Shown here: positions 14,105-27,253 of the stretch, in pieces | How positions within the stretch are numbered: the stretch's first letter is position 1 | How the letters are laid out: each line of letters begins with the position of its first letter | Made by a program: the position numbers and the translations under genes | Assembly: GCF_963921235.1 (NCBI RefSeq) | Contig: NC_086097.1 | Location: 229,836,001-229,900,000, forward strand | Direction: 5' to 3' | DNA: 64,000 nucleotides | Source of the DNA: Mobula hypostoma | Lineage: Eukaryota | Notes under the pieces: model-generated | What the model was told of the DNA's origin: nothing | The model's database searches: none | Seen by the model: the letters and a program-made list of their open reading frames with translations, nothing else

Positions 14105-14294
14105 TGTTGTGTTCTTATATTTATACGTACCGTGGGTTAACAATAAAGAATCATATTCTAGAAGAATTAGAACTTTTACTTACAGCAACAAAACCAAACC
14201 ACGTTTTTACCAAGCCATGTTCCAGATCACTCTATCATTTCTGCACATGCTCAGAACTCTTTCCAAACACGTTCTGACACATCATATCACCACA
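14105..14294 (-). mobile_element. Solo LTR (190 bp)
   Basis: TGTTGTG...CACCACA ends; exact 5-bp TSD ATCGT at 14100-14104 and 14295-14299. Confidence 0.8.
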
Positions 14295-14367
14295 ATCGTG
14301 ACCGCGTGGGTTTCCTCCGGGTGCTCCAGTTTCCTCCCACAGACCAACGATTTACCGGTTGGTAGGT

Positions 14368-15119
14368 TGTCAGAAGACCTACAGATCCTCCTAGACAAAG
14401 TAGTACAAACAAGTGCAGATTTTGGTCTAACCATCAACTGTAAGGAATCCAAATGTATGGTAACATCAAAACAGCAGGATGCTCCCAACTGCCAACTGTA
14501 TATCGATAACCAAGAGATTGAACAAAAGACCAGCTTTAATTACCTTGGTAGCTTTATATCAGAAGATGCTAGAAGTAAAGTAGAAATAAAAAGAAGAATT
14601 GCCATTGCCAAAACCAACTTCCAAATAAATGAAACCCAGTTTTACCAACAGACACATTTCTATGACAACAAGGCTTAGGCTACTAAAATGTTACATCTGG
14701 TCAATCTTGTTGTATGCTTCCAAAACATGGACTATAACACCAGAACTCCAAAGAAACTTAGAAACAACAGAAATGTGGTTTCTTAGAAGAATGCTGAAAA
14801 TATCATATAGAGATAGGGTAACTAATGAGACAGTATTCCAACGTGCCTATACAAAAAGATCTTTAATGAGAACATTAAATGAGAGGAAACTTAAATCCCT
14901 GGGCCATGTCAGCAGAAAGGGAGAAATAGAATGCCTTACATTACAAGGCCGTATGCCTGGGAAACGCGGAAGAGGAAGGCAAAGAAGAAAATATACGGAC
15001 ACTGTGAAAGAATTAACAGATCTAAGTGTGCGAGATATCATTGACGCTGCGTGGGATCGTTCAATGTGGAAAGCCATGATCGCCCAAGCGTGTAACGCAT
15101 AAGGCACATGAAGAAGAAG
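14368..15119 (+). mobile_element. RTE-clade LINE 3' end (RT C-terminus)
   Basis: EDLQILLDKV..FGLTINCKESKCM..FNYLGSFI..EIKRRIAIAK, then EMWFLRRMLKISY..LGHV..GKRGRGRQR; (GAA)n tail; one frameshift. Confidence 0.9.
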
Positions 15120-15889
15120 CTTAACTGGTCATTGTAAATTGTCCTGTGATTAGGCTAGGGTTAAATCGGGGGCTGCTGAGTGGCACGACTCGAAGGGGTG
15201 GAAGGGCCTATTCCACTCTGTATCTCAATAAATATATACTTCTAACATGTAGACTTTTAATATGACGAATCGGCTTCTTTATTAAGTCAGATCTACGAGC
15301 TCAGCCCCCAGGAGTCCAGGAGACTTCTTCGTTCACTGAACAGTGAAACAATTATTTTCCCCTTGGCTGACATACATCCTTGACAATTGTGTGTATTTTG
15401 TTTCAATCTCTGCTGTCGCTCCACTGAGTTTAGTTATTGCAATGAGAAACTAATGGATTGGCAGCTTAGTCTTTTGTGAATACATTTTGGCAATGTCGCA
15501 CAGTATCACTTAAGAGACATGGAGTGGAAAAAATATGAGTGATTACCTAGTCAAACAGTTAACTAACTAAAGCAAACCTACTGCATATAAGCAGCATTAT
15601 ATTAATTACTTTTCTTCAGAGCTTTGTTGACTAAATCTTATCAATGCTGTAGAAACCAAATTATGTGTCAGTCTACTGTTTGATTCTAACTATTGAGAAA
15701 TGTTGGTTTATAAAGGGTCCAGCATTCCAACAGTTCTCTCGGGCATGAAAGACTAAAAAGCAGTATCAACAACGTGTCTAAAAGATGGATGGACTGGAGT
15801 GTCTGTATGCCAGACTACTCCAGTTGACCATAACTTCCTCCCACCTCCAATTGGCTGCAATAATTCAGAGGTTACATATTCTTTAGATA

Positions 15890-16740
15890 TTAAAGTTTAA
15901 TATTCAAAGTAAATTTATTATCAACGTACACATATGTTACCATATACAACCCGGAAATTCATTTTCTTGCAGACATACTCAGTAAGTCCAAGAGCCATAA
16001 TAGAATCAGTGAAAGACCACACCAACTTGTGTTCAAAAGACAAGAAACTGTGCCAATGTAAAAGAGAAAAGAAGTAATAAATAAATAAATAAATACATAG
16101 ATAGATAGATAGATAAAAAAAAACATGAAGTGAAGAGTCTGGAAAAGTGAGTCCATAGGCTGTGGGAACATTTCAATAATGGGCAAGTGAAGTTGAGTGA
16201 AGTTATTCCCTTTTGTTCAAGGGCCTGGTGGTTGAGTAGTAGTAACTGTTCCTAAACAGGATGGTGTGGGTCCTAAGGCTCTTGTACTACCTTTCTGATG
16301 GCAGCAGTGAGAAGAGAGCATGACCTGGGTAGTTGCGGGGGGGAGGGTGTTGTCACTAGTACTAGGTGCTGCCTTCCACTGACAACGCTCTGTGCTCAAT
16401 GGTGGGGAGGGCTTTACTTGTGATGGACTGGGTCATATCCTCTACTTTTGTATGATTTTCTGTTCAAGAGCAGAACAACCAGTCAATCTACTCTCCACCA
16501 CATGCCGAATCTTTGCAAAGATCTAAGGAAGTAAAAGGCACCACTGTGCTTTCTTCATAATTGAACTGATGTGCTGGGCCCCGGACAAGTTCTCTGAAAT
16601 GATAACAACCAAGCAATTTAAAGTTGCTGACCCCCTCCACGTCCTGGGTAGTGGGGGGTTTCTGGTTGTGGATGTTGCTTTCCTGTGAGAACATTTTGTG
16701 TAGATGTGCTCAGTGGTGGAGAGGGCTTTACCTGTGATTT
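15890..16740 (-). mobile_element. Rex1/Babar-like 3' fragments, decayed
   Basis: Tail ttcaaagtaaatttattatc and decayed RT C-terminal pieces (VSNFKLLG). Confidence 0.6.
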
Positions 16741-17024
16741 ACTCATTCACACAAAGAGCTCCAGTTCAACTGTACATCAAGGATGAACTGCTCACATGCA
16801 TAATTCCTGCTGGGATAAATATCACCTTTCCTTTCCCTTACACTCCACTACCGTTTCATTGTTCTCATCTGCTAACAAACCGAATTGTTGTGTGTTGTAT
16901 GACAAAACTTCATTATTTGATAGCAGCTACTCAGAAACAGCTGTTCCAGTCAACAGCGAAGGTTAGTTCTGGACACTGTCCTGCTGAAACTTTTAGGGGG
17001 CTGTATGGTAAGGATTCCCATTTT

Positions 17025-17425
17025 AGAACATAGAACATAGAATAGTACAGCACAGTACAGGTCTTTCAGCCCACATTGTTGTGCCGACCCTCAAACCCTG
17101 CCTCCCAAATAACCCCCCACCTTAAATTCTTCTATATACCTGTACAGTAGTCTCTTAAGTTTCACTAGAGTATCTGCCTCCACCACTGACTCAGGCAGTG
17201 CATTCCACGCACCAACCACTCTCTGAGTAAAAAACCTTCCTCTAATATCCCTCTTGAACTTCCCACCCCTTACCTTAAAGCCATGTCCCCTTGTATTGAG
17301 CAGTGGTGCCCCAAGGAAGAGGCGCTGGCTGCACACTCTATCTATTCCTCTTAACATCTTGTATACCTCTATCACGTCTCCTCTCATTCTCCTTCTCTCC
17401 AGAGAGTAAAGCCCTAGCTCCCTGA
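17025..17425 (-). mobile_element. CR1 LINE 3' end
   Basis: ORF 17091-17438 LGLYSLERRRMRGDVIEVYKML..TRGHGFK..FFTQRVVGAWNALP; (AGAACAT)n tail. Confidence 0.9.
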
Positions 17426-19340
17426 CATTTTCTGACATGACCTTCTGTCTGGCCCCTACAGAAACATCCTGTTAAAGGTCATACCATCAAACTGGTTGGA
17501 CAACCAACTAAATTCGCACAGGCAGCAAACCAGCAGTAAAAAATACAAAACTTTTCTGAACATCTTGCAAAAGATGAAATTAAAAAATGGGCAAATCTTT
17601 GCACTGAGATTGAAATGGAAATATTATTAGTAAATTTTATAGAATAATATAAAATTATATTTCATTATTTAAAAATTCAAGCAACTTTAAACTAATTTTC
17701 TTAGAGAATTAGACCACATATAAAAATTTAGTTTTTCAAAACTACAGAAGTTGTTTAGAAGTAATTATGTTGAAGTTTAAAAGGGACTCTACTGATTATT
17801 GTGGCAAAGACTGCAACAGTGCACCCTGTGGAGGAACAGAGAATTACTAATCAAATTAATCTAACTGAGCATGTGTGGAATGCCTTTGGTGAATGCTGAC
17901 GTAACCTGGAAGTTCACTGTTAAAATTTAGAGAAAGGATGCCACATTTCATTATTATCCTAAGGAAATATACCCATAAATTTATTCTTCATAACAGCCAA
18001 GGTGATTTTTCAAGTTCAAGTTTATTGTCATCTGACTGTACATATGCAACCAAACGAAAGATGTTCCTCAGGACCATGGTGCCCCCACAAAACATATCGC
18101 ACACACAGCACATAAACCAAAATATTACCATAAATGAGTTAGTATTACCATAAAATGCATACAGCACAGGTAAACAATAAACTACACACTGACCTAGTGA
18201 CAAAACCTCAGTACTGGCAGGATATTCATTAGTCTCACATCCTGAGGGAAAAAGCTGTTACGTAGGCTAGCTGTCCGAGTAATGATGCTCTGTCCTGCCT
18301 TCCTGACAGGGGCAGGTCAAAGAAATTGTGGGATGGGTGCTGGGGTCTTCAACAATGCTTTGGGTCCCTAGTCTGCAACGCTCTCAATAAATCCCACAAA
18401 TAGGGGATGGGAGACCCTGGTGATCCTCTTGACAGTTTCAACTATCCTCTGTAGGTCTCTGTACCACACAATGATGCAGCCAGACAGGACACTCTCAATG
18501 ATGCTCCTGTAGAAAGTTGTTCGAATGGGGGCAGGGAGACTTGAACAGCTCAATCTCCCCAGAAAACATAGACACTACCGTAGCTTCTTGACTAGTGAGG
18601 GAGTATTATGTGTCCAGGTTAGATCGTCCATTATGTGCACAGTAAGGAACTTTCTGTTCTACAATCTCTCCACGGTAGAGCCATTGATGTACAATAGAGA
18701 GTGGTCGACCCAAGCCTTCCTGAAGTCTCTCTCGTCTTGTCCACGCTGACACTCAGGTTGTTGTTCTCGCACTATTTGACAAGCCTCTCAACCTTCTCTC
18801 TGTATGCCAATTCATCATTGCTGTTGATGAGGTCAACCACTGTTCTATCATCAGCGAACTTTGAGCCGAATCTGGCAGCGCAGTTGTGAGTCAGCCGCCG
18901 ACTCAGCACACAACCGGGGTGGAGGGCAACTTGGTCTTTCTGTTGAGAAGTCCAAGATCCAGTTACAGAGAGAGGTGTAGAGTCCCAACAAGGACATTTT
19001 ACCCACAAGCCTCTTAGGTACGATCATGTTAGACGCCAAGTTTAAGTCAATGAACCAGATCCTGATTTTTGAGGCACTGCTCTCTAGGTGGAGCAGGACC
19101 GAGTGGAGGGCTGAGGTTATCGCATCATAAGTGGACCGGTTTGAGCGGAAGACGAACTGGAAAGGGTCCAATGTAGCTGGAAGATGGCATTTTACCAATC
19201 ACTCAAAACTCATCATGATTATGGAAATCAGTGACTCTGGGCGATAGTCAATGAGGCCAGTTACCATTGCTGTCTTGGGTAGCGGAATAATGGTGGCTGC
19301 CTTGGAGCTTGCAGGGACAGTGGACTGTTTCTTTCTTTCT

Positions 19341-19541
19341 TTCTTTTTAAATCTTTTTATTGAATAAGTATACAAAAAGGTAAGCCATATAGGCACTAAT
19401 ACACTGTTAGAATATAATAAAATTACAGGAGATATTAATACAGAAAAAAAAAGTGATTTTTTTTTTCTTTTTAAATCTTTTTATTGAATAAGTATACAAA
19501 AAGGTAAGCCATGTAGGCACTAATACACTGTTAGAATATAA
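19341..19541 (-). repeat. Tandemly doubled ~77-bp LINE-like 3' tail
   Basis: 19341-19417 and 19465-19541 differ at one base; each is preceded by a T-rich run. Confidence 0.8.
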
Positions 19542-20120
19542 GTTTCAAGGTGATATTAAAGGTATCAGTGAAGACCTCTGATCCGGACAATCCCTCACCA
19601 CCTGACCAAGTATGTTGTCCAGCCCTGCAGTGCTGGGAAGAGGGGGCTTTCCTTGATGTCACATCGTTTAATGGATCAAATCGTGCATAGAGTCCATAAG
19701 GAAGGGAGGCCTCACTGCCATTGATGCACAGGGTGGACATGTAATCTGTTATGGCTCGAATACCCTGCCACACATGTGCCACGTGTTCCTGTTGTCATAA
19801 AGGTGTCTGTGAACTTTCTGTGCCTACTCATGCTTTGCCTTCCTAGGGGAGCGCGGTTCTAGCTGGCCTTAGAGATGTCCTGTCTCCTGATCTGAAGGCA
19901 GTGTCCCGATCCCTAAGCAATGCACAGACTTCTGCAGTCAATCAAGTAACGTGCTCGATGTGCTTCCCTATGTAGCCAGTCACCGAATCTGTATATTCAT
20001 CAATGTTGACATGATTATTGTAGGTAGGGCCTCCCTGAATATCCTCCAGTCCGTACTTTCGAAGCAGTCCTACAATGCTGAGGTGGTATTTTCTGGCCAG
20101 GTCCTGATCTCCATGGAAAC

Positions 20121-20268
20121 ACTCACAACACTCTGGAGGAACTCAGCAGGTCGGGCAGCATCCGTGGAAACTATGAGTTGACGTTTCCACGGATGCTGCC
20201 CGACCTGCTGAGTTCCTCCAGCGTGTTGTAAGTGTTGCTTTGATCCCAGCATCTGCAGATTATTTTGT
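20121..20268 (+). mobile_element. Penelope-like fold-back mini-insert with 20-bp TSD
   Basis: Exact direct repeat gtcctgatctccatggaaac at 20101-20120 and 20269-20288; inverted arms ctggaggaactcagcaggtcgggcagcatccgtggaaac. Confidence 0.8.
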
Positions 20269-21139
20269 GTCCTGATCTCCATGGAAACTGGTTTCAATTT
20301 TTTAATCAGCGGTCTGTGTGCAGGGATTAGCAAAATGATTAATTGGTCTGAGTATCCAAGGTGAGAGTGGGGGCAGCCTTGCAGGCTCCACGAACGTTGG
20401 TGCACACCAGGTCTAGTATATTGTCACCTCCGGTTGCAAAGCTCACGTGCTGGTAGAACTTCGGCAGTACTGTTTCTACTTAGGCATGATTGAAGTCACC
20501 AGCGACAATGAAGACATCATTGGGGTGAGTGGTTTTGAGGTTGCAGATGGAACTGTAGAGCTCCTGCAGTGCTTCCCCAGCACCAGCACAGGTTGGGGGG
20601 AGGGGGATGTAAACAGCAATAATCACAATGGCAGTGATTATTCTCTTGGTAAGTAGAAGGGCCTGCACCTCACTATTAAAAATTCTAGTTGCGGGGAGCA
20701 TGGTGTTACTAACAAGGTGTTCAAACACCAGTTCTTACAGACCCCCTCTGTGGGTCATACCAGAGGTTGTGGCATTTCTGTCCACCTGAAAGGAGATTAG
20801 GCCTTCTAGCTGGATGGCCAAGCCTGGAATAGTGCCTTGAAGCCATGTTTCCGTCAGGACGAGTCCCTCATCTCCCCTTGGTTCAGACATACAGTAGATG
20901 CGGGTAATCCAGTTTATTTCCCAGCGATTGGATGCTAGTGAGTAGAATCAACGGGAGTGTAGGCCTGCAATGATCCATTTTAAGTATTGTTTTAATGGTG
21001 TGCGCTAACCGCGTTTCTGCATGAGCGCACTGCTCCTGACAACCACGTCCCCGAGTAGCTGTAGTAGACTGCGAAACGGAGCGAGAAACAGCTCCCCACG
21101 TTAGTCTGCAACTGCACAGCACCCTTTTATTCCTCTCAC

Positions 21140-22665
21140 TACACTTTATACTTTATTGTCGCCAAACAATTGATCCTAGAACGTACAATCATCACAGCGA
21201 TATCTGATTCTGCGCTTCCCGCTCCCTGAATTACAAATTGATAGTAAATATTAAAAATTTAAATTATAAATCATAAATAGAAAATAGAAAAATGGGAAGT
21301 AAGGTAGTGCAAAAAAACCGAGAGGCAGGTCCGGATATTTGGAGGGGACGGCCCAGATCCAATTCAGGATCTGTTCAGCAGTCTTATCACAGTTGGAAAG
21401 AAGCTGTTCTCCCAGAGGGAAGAGGGACGAAAAGTGTGTTGGCTGGGTGGGTCGTGTCCTTGATTACCCTGGTAGCACTGCTCCCACAGCGTGCGGTGTA
21501 AAGTGAGTCCAAGGACGGAAGATTGGTTTGTGTGATGTGCTGCGCTGTGTTCGCGATCTTCTGCAGCTTCTTTCGGTCTTGGACAGGGCAACTTCCATAC
21601 CAGGTTGTGATGCACCCTAGAATGCATCTATAGTGCATCTATAAAAATTAGCGAGGGTTTTAGGGGACAGGCCAAATTTCTTTAGTCTTCTCAGGAAGTA
21701 AAGGTGCTGGTGGGCCTTCTTGGCAGTGGACTCTGCTTGGTTGGACCAAGTCAGGTCATTTGTGATATTGACCCCAAGGAACTTAAAGCTTTTGACCTGT
21801 TCCACTTGTGCACCACTGATGTAAATCGGGTCGTGTGGTTCACTACTCCTTCTGAAGTCAACAACCAATTACTTCGTCTTGCTGACGTTGAGGGATAGGT
21901 TATTGTCTTCGCACCATGCCACCAGGTTCTTAATTTCCTCTCTCTACTCAAACTCATCGTTACCCAAGATACGGCCTACAATTGTTGTGTCATCAACAAA
22001 CTTATATATTGAGTTCAATGGAAACTTGGCTACACAACCATGGGTGCACAGTGAGTACAGCAGGGGGCTGAGAACACAGCCTTGTGGGCACCGGTGCTCA
22101 GAGTGATTGTAGAGGAGAGCTTGTTCCCTATTTTTACAGCCTGGGTCCTGTCTGTGAGGAAGTTGAAGATCCAGCTGCAGATCTGAGTGCTAAGGCCCAG
22201 GTTCCGGAGCTTAGGAATCAGTTTATTTGGAATGATGGTATTAAGGGCAGAGCTGCAGTCAAAGAAAAGGAGCCTTACGTATGCATCTTTATTCTCCAGG
22301 TGTTCTAAGGAGGAATGTAGGGCCAGAGAGATGGCATCTGCCGCTGACCTGTTGCTCCTGTAGGCGAATTGCAAAGCGTTGAGGTTGACCGGTTGATGTG
22401 TGCCATAACCAATCTCTCGAAACACCTCATAGCAATTGATGTCAGAGCCACAGGTCGACAGTCATTCAGGCATGCCACCTTGCTCTTCTTCGGCACTGGG
22501 ATTGTCGTTGCCTTCTTAAAACACGAAGGGATCTTAGGCTGAAGCAAGGAGCAGTTGAAGATGTCAGCAAACACTCCAGCTAGCTCACTTGCACAGGCCC
22601 GGAGAACCCGTCCCGGGATGCCATCTGGACCCGTCGCCTTCCTTGGATTTATCTTCAGGAAGGCA
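21140..22665 (-). mobile_element. Rex1/Babar LINE, 5'-truncated RT
   Basis: ORFs 22305-22574, 22030-22425, 21617-21868, 21387-21638 ([41 protein letters not shown]). Confidence 0.9.
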
Positions 22666-24099
22666 CTAGCAAGGTAGACTCACAGAATTTAGTGTTCTTA
22701 ATGTTCGGGCTTAGAAAAGATGAACAGGACAAGAAATTGCCAGCGTTAGCTGGAGCCAAAGTGGCTGGTGCATCCATGTGCACCAACATCTTGATTACTT
22801 TAAAATTTTGAAAAATTACTTTGACCAGTTATTGGAGTACTTGATGTTGTTGCTCTTTTATAACATTCGCTTTGACAAGCAGTTGAAGGTACAACACTGT
22901 CATTGTAACTGTTAAACTATTTATGCCCAGTAAATAACAATAAAAGCCTGCAGATGCTGGAAATTTGAAATAAAAACTTAGTTTGCATAAAGGTTTTTCG
23001 ATGTTAAATATTAACAGTTTCTCTTTCAACAGATGAAGCCCACCCTGCCGTGGTTCTAACATTTTCTGCTTTTGCTTCATTTTGTTTATGCCCCATACTG
23101 TTATTGTTTTTAATTCTTCACTTAAGGTCCTGGTCCTTAGATTCCCAGAACAGACTAACAGACTTTCCCGGTGGAGATCATTGAAATTGTACCAGAGGAT
23201 CTTGCTTCACCAAGTTATTGTAAATTGTAAATATAAAATATAATTATCTTGGGACAGTTTGAATAATAAAGACCTTCTAATAATAATTTCAGAAATCCTT
23301 GTTGAATCAATGATTTTCTAAGGATTCAGAATCTGGACTAGTCAATGCATAAATAGCTTGAAAATAAAACTTTGCATTAATATGTAACATGTGCCTATAA
23401 TTTTGTCCCTCACTGCAAGCTTTAACACATTTTGCCAGTTTGGTACTACTGCAGTAGCACTACGGACTGTGTTAAATGGTTCCGGTGTTGAAATCAGGTC
23501 CAGTTGCATCACCAGATGTGATGTGGCATCATATCCCTGAACACTTTCTTCTATCACCAAGCAGGTTTCGAAATCAAACGTTACCTCACATCGGCACAGT
23601 GGGAGAGGTTATGGGAGAAGAGGAGGTCTGAGCTTAAATGATGTGTTGTGGCAAGACAGGGGAAGGTTTCCAATGGATTTGATTTACAGTTGATGCAGAT
23701 GTTGGGTAAAAAGGTTTCACCCTGCAACACGAACTTCCCTCATCATATTCCGAGATTATCTACACAAGAAAAACGAGGGGATTTTTTTCTTTTTGAACAA
23801 CAGTCAGGAAACAATTGACAATGTCATTAAAACATTATTTGAATTAAAAAGTAAAGAACCCCCCTTAAAAGCAGATACCTGCCACAATGGCCGTTTGATA
23901 AAGGGATGGATGTTTCTGCCCATACTTTCAATGTCACCACTGACCACAAAACTCTGTCACTAATGGCTGAAGAAAAATAGTAAAAAAAATTTAACTGCAA
24001 AAAAAAAACACAGCATCTTTGACATAAGGCCTCAAGAAGGCATTCAAAGATTATTAACATTTAACATTGAATCATACATGGATTGAAAACAGAGAATAT

Positions 24100-24290
24100 A
24101 AAACATAGAAATCTACAGCACATTACAAGCCCTTCAGCCCACAACATTGTGCCAACCATGTAAACTACCCTAGAAACAGCCTAGAATTTCCCTAGCACAT
24201 AGCCCTCTGTTTTTCTAAGCTCCATGTACCTATCTAAGAGGCTTTTAAAAGATCCTATTGTATTTGCTTCCACCACAGTGCATTCCACTA
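24100..24290 (-). mobile_element. CR1 3' tail fragment
   Basis: aaacatagaaatctacagcacattacaagcccttcagcccaca; reverse complement of the tail at 57500-57669. Confidence 0.75.
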
Positions 24291-24636
24291 TCAGGACATC
24301 GGAACCAGAGGTGAGGGCTGGGCCGGTTCTGCTCACTGCTTGGTGATGTTTACTCCAGTCTGCGCCGCACTGAAGCTATGGCCTGCTCCGGCTGCACGGG
24401 GTTCATATCTGCGGGCTCCGCGATACTTATTCCGCCGTGCGCTGAACAGAGCCTGAGGCTGTGGGCCTGCTCCAGATGCTATTTGCTTACTTTTATTGTT
24501 TGCACAATTTGCTATTTTTTTCTCCACTATGCATATTGGGTGTTTGACGGTCTTCTGTTTTTTTTTGGGGTTCTTTGGGGTTTCTTTGTTTTGTAGTGGC
24601 TGCCTGAAAGGAGGCAAATCTCAAGGTTGTATAATA

Positions 24637-25390
24637 CAGCGGTCCCCAACCACCAGGCCGCAAAGCATGTGCTATCGGGCCGTGAGGAAACGATATGAGT
24701 CAGCTGCACCTTTCCTCATTCCCTGTCACGCACTGTTGAACTTGAACATAGGATTGCCAACTGTCCCGTATTTGCTGGGACATCCCCTATATTGGGCTAA
24801 ATTGTTTTTTCCCGTATTTCCTCCACTAAGGTAGAGCGTTCCTATGAAACCTTTCGTGCCGAAATGGCGTGAAGCCAAGAAGCAATTACCATTAATTTAT
24901 ATGGGAAAAATTTCTGAGCGTTCCCAGACCCAAAAAATAACCTAACAAATCATACCAGATAACACATAATACCGAAAGTAAATAACACTAACATAGAGTA
25001 AAAGCAGGAATGGTATGATAAATACACAGCCTATATAAAGTAGAAATAATGTATGTATAGTCCGGAAGATGAAGGCATACAGTAACCGATTTGTGGGGAA
25101 AAAATTGGCACGTACATGCATGCGCACAACACACATGCACCTCGTGCATGCGCACACAGGTGCCCGCGCAAGGCTTTATGGTCATGGTGGTCTTTCCTGG
25201 GGTAAAGTATCCCGGGATTTGACTGCTACTATTGTCCCTTATTTGGGAGTGAGAAAGTTGGCAACCCTAACTGTAAAAGACATGTTGAGGTGAGTTTAAC
25301 CCTACTTGAACACCCACCCCTCGTTGGCCGGTCGCAAAAATATGTCAATATTAAACTGGTCCGCGGTGCAAAAAAGGTTGGGGACCCCTG
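24637..25390. mobile_element. Non-autonomous hAT (Charlie-like) transposon
   Basis: TIR cagcggtccccaacc / ggttggggacccctg (14/15); exact 8-bp TSD GTATAATA at 24629-24636 and 25391-25398. Confidence 0.92.
24749..25269. mobile_element. Second hAT-type MITE nested inside the first
   Basis: TIR taggattgccaact / agttggcaacccta (13/14), subterminal gtccc/gggac motifs; no clear TSD. Confidence 0.7.
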
Positions 25391-25904
25391 GTATAATATA
25401 TACACACTTTAATAATAAATGTACTTTGAACTTTGAACATGCAGGTATTGGGCTGGAGAACCAAAACTTGGCCAAGGAGAATGGCCTTAACAGAAGAAAT
25501 GCAACGGAAGTAAGGAGGTTTAGAAATGAAGCTATAACCAAGCAGCAGGGCATGCAGCTTCTACAATCTGCAGCACAAAAGAAGAACCTCAGCAGATGAG
25601 ATTTCCCCACTATTGCAAACTGCAGATTTCTGGAACCTAAGGGTATTCCTATGACTATCCTAGAAGGGGTGGCCTTGTCAGGAATTAACCATTGTTGCTT
25701 CCCATCTGATGTAAAATGAGCAGGTTTTAAGGATGTCTTTGTTTTTTTTCTGACAAATTAATGGTCATGACACAAGAGGTTACAATTGAAAGGCACACCC
25801 TGATTTAACAAAATTGTAAACTCTTTTATTATTGTCACCCCTACCGAAGTAGAGTGTAAAACATATCTAGCAAACGATTCATACAGATTATTTCATTACA
25901 TCCC

Positions 25905-26697
25905 TATTGTTACAGACCATAAACCAAGCCAGAAACCTTGGTGTTGTGATGGACCCCGACTTGAATTTTAACTGCCGCATAAAGACAGTTACAAAGTCAG
26001 CCTACTACCATCTTTAAAATATAGCGAGAGTTAAAGGATTTATGTCTCTGCAAGATCCAAAAAAAACTCGTCCATGTATTAATTTTTAGTTGGCTTGACT
26101 ACTGTAATGGTGTTTTCACAGATCTCCGTAAAAAATCCCTGAGACAGCGGCAGCTCATTCAGAACACTGCTGCTAGAGTCCTCTCTAAGACCAAGGAAGT
26201 AGACACATCACTCCAGTTCTCAATCACTACACTGGCTTCCTGTCTATCAGAGGATTGACTAAAATATTACTACTGGTTTATAAAGCACTGAATGGTCTAG
26301 GGCCAAAATGCATCTCCGAACTCTTGCTGCATTATGAACCTTCCTGAGCTCTCTGGTTGTCTGAGAGGGGTCTGTTTACTGTCCCCAGGGTCAAAACTAA
26401 ACATGGTGAAGCAGCTTTTAGTTACTCTGCTCCACATATCTGGAATAACCTTCCAGAGGATCTGAAGCCTTCCCCAACTTCAAGCTCTTTTAAATCGAGG
26501 CTTAAAACTTTTCTTTTCGCTGTAGCTTTTAATTAGAATCTCCTGCACTGTAACTTCTATATATCATATCTATTTTTTGTGTAACTTTATTCTTATATAG
26601 TCTTAATTTGATGTTTGATTTTTATATCTTGTTCTATGTAAATCACTTTGAACTGCTTTGTGTTTGAAAAGTGCTTTACAAATAAACTTGCTTGCTT
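25905..26697 (+). mobile_element. L2-clade LINE 3' end
   Basis: Manual translation: ARNLGVVMDPDLNF..IKTVTKSAYYHL..LDYCNG..QLIQNTAARVL..LHWLPVYQRI..APHIWNNLP; ends aataaacttgcttgctt. Confidence 0.85.
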
Positions 26698-27253
26698 TCA
26701 GGAGTGCAATGAGGTAGTACAAGATAAGCAATAACAGAATGCAGAATAAAAGTGTTACAGTTACAGAGAAAGTGTATTGTGAATAGACAGTAAGGTGCAA
26801 GGCCATAATGAAGTAGATGGTGAGGCCCATGGTTCCATCTTATTGTACAAGGGAAGCACTCAATCACCTTATATCAGTGGAATAGGCTGCAAATGAGGAG
26901 CAGAGAGTGGGGGGGGGGGAACACAGCCTATATCATTGCCTCGAGACCTTCCACAGTCTTGTTATTAATGTATGTATTGAGGAAAAAACTATTAAATAAT
27001 GCATAATAACGCTTTTTTAAAAAAAATTAAACATTACAGTTTCTTCAAAAACTTTATATTGTCAATTAAACTTGAGGAAAGCAGCTGAGGTTAAAACATT
27101 CAGCAACCAAACACAGGTTAGGATATACACAAGCTCAGGAAAAAAAAATCTCTGAATAGTCTGATCTAATTTAGCATCTCTGTATTAAATATTCAATCAT
27201 TTAAATTCAAATGACAATGAATTCCAGTTAGTGGGACACATTGGGACCAGTAC

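Larger units (their letters stand above)
14015..15232 (+). mobile_element. tRNA-derived SINE interrupted by a solo LTR and an RTE fragment
   Basis: A box-like tggtagtgtagtgg and B box-like gggttcagttcc; central gtgggtttcctccgggtgctccagtttcctcccaca; resumes at 15121; ends in ctcaataaa. Confidence 0.75.
18010..21125 (-). mobile_element. Near full-length, heavily decayed Rex1/Babar LINE (AP endonuclease + RT)
   Basis: AVYIP..FIVAGDFNHA (20480-20728), HLGYSD..LLIP, VWQGIRAITDY, LDPFQF, KFADDRTVV, FYRSIIESVLSGCI in successive broken frames. Confidence 0.85.

Noticed and set aside
14109..14678. 189-aa ORF as a novel gene
   Set aside because: It is a read-through across a solo LTR, a SINE and an RTE fragment.
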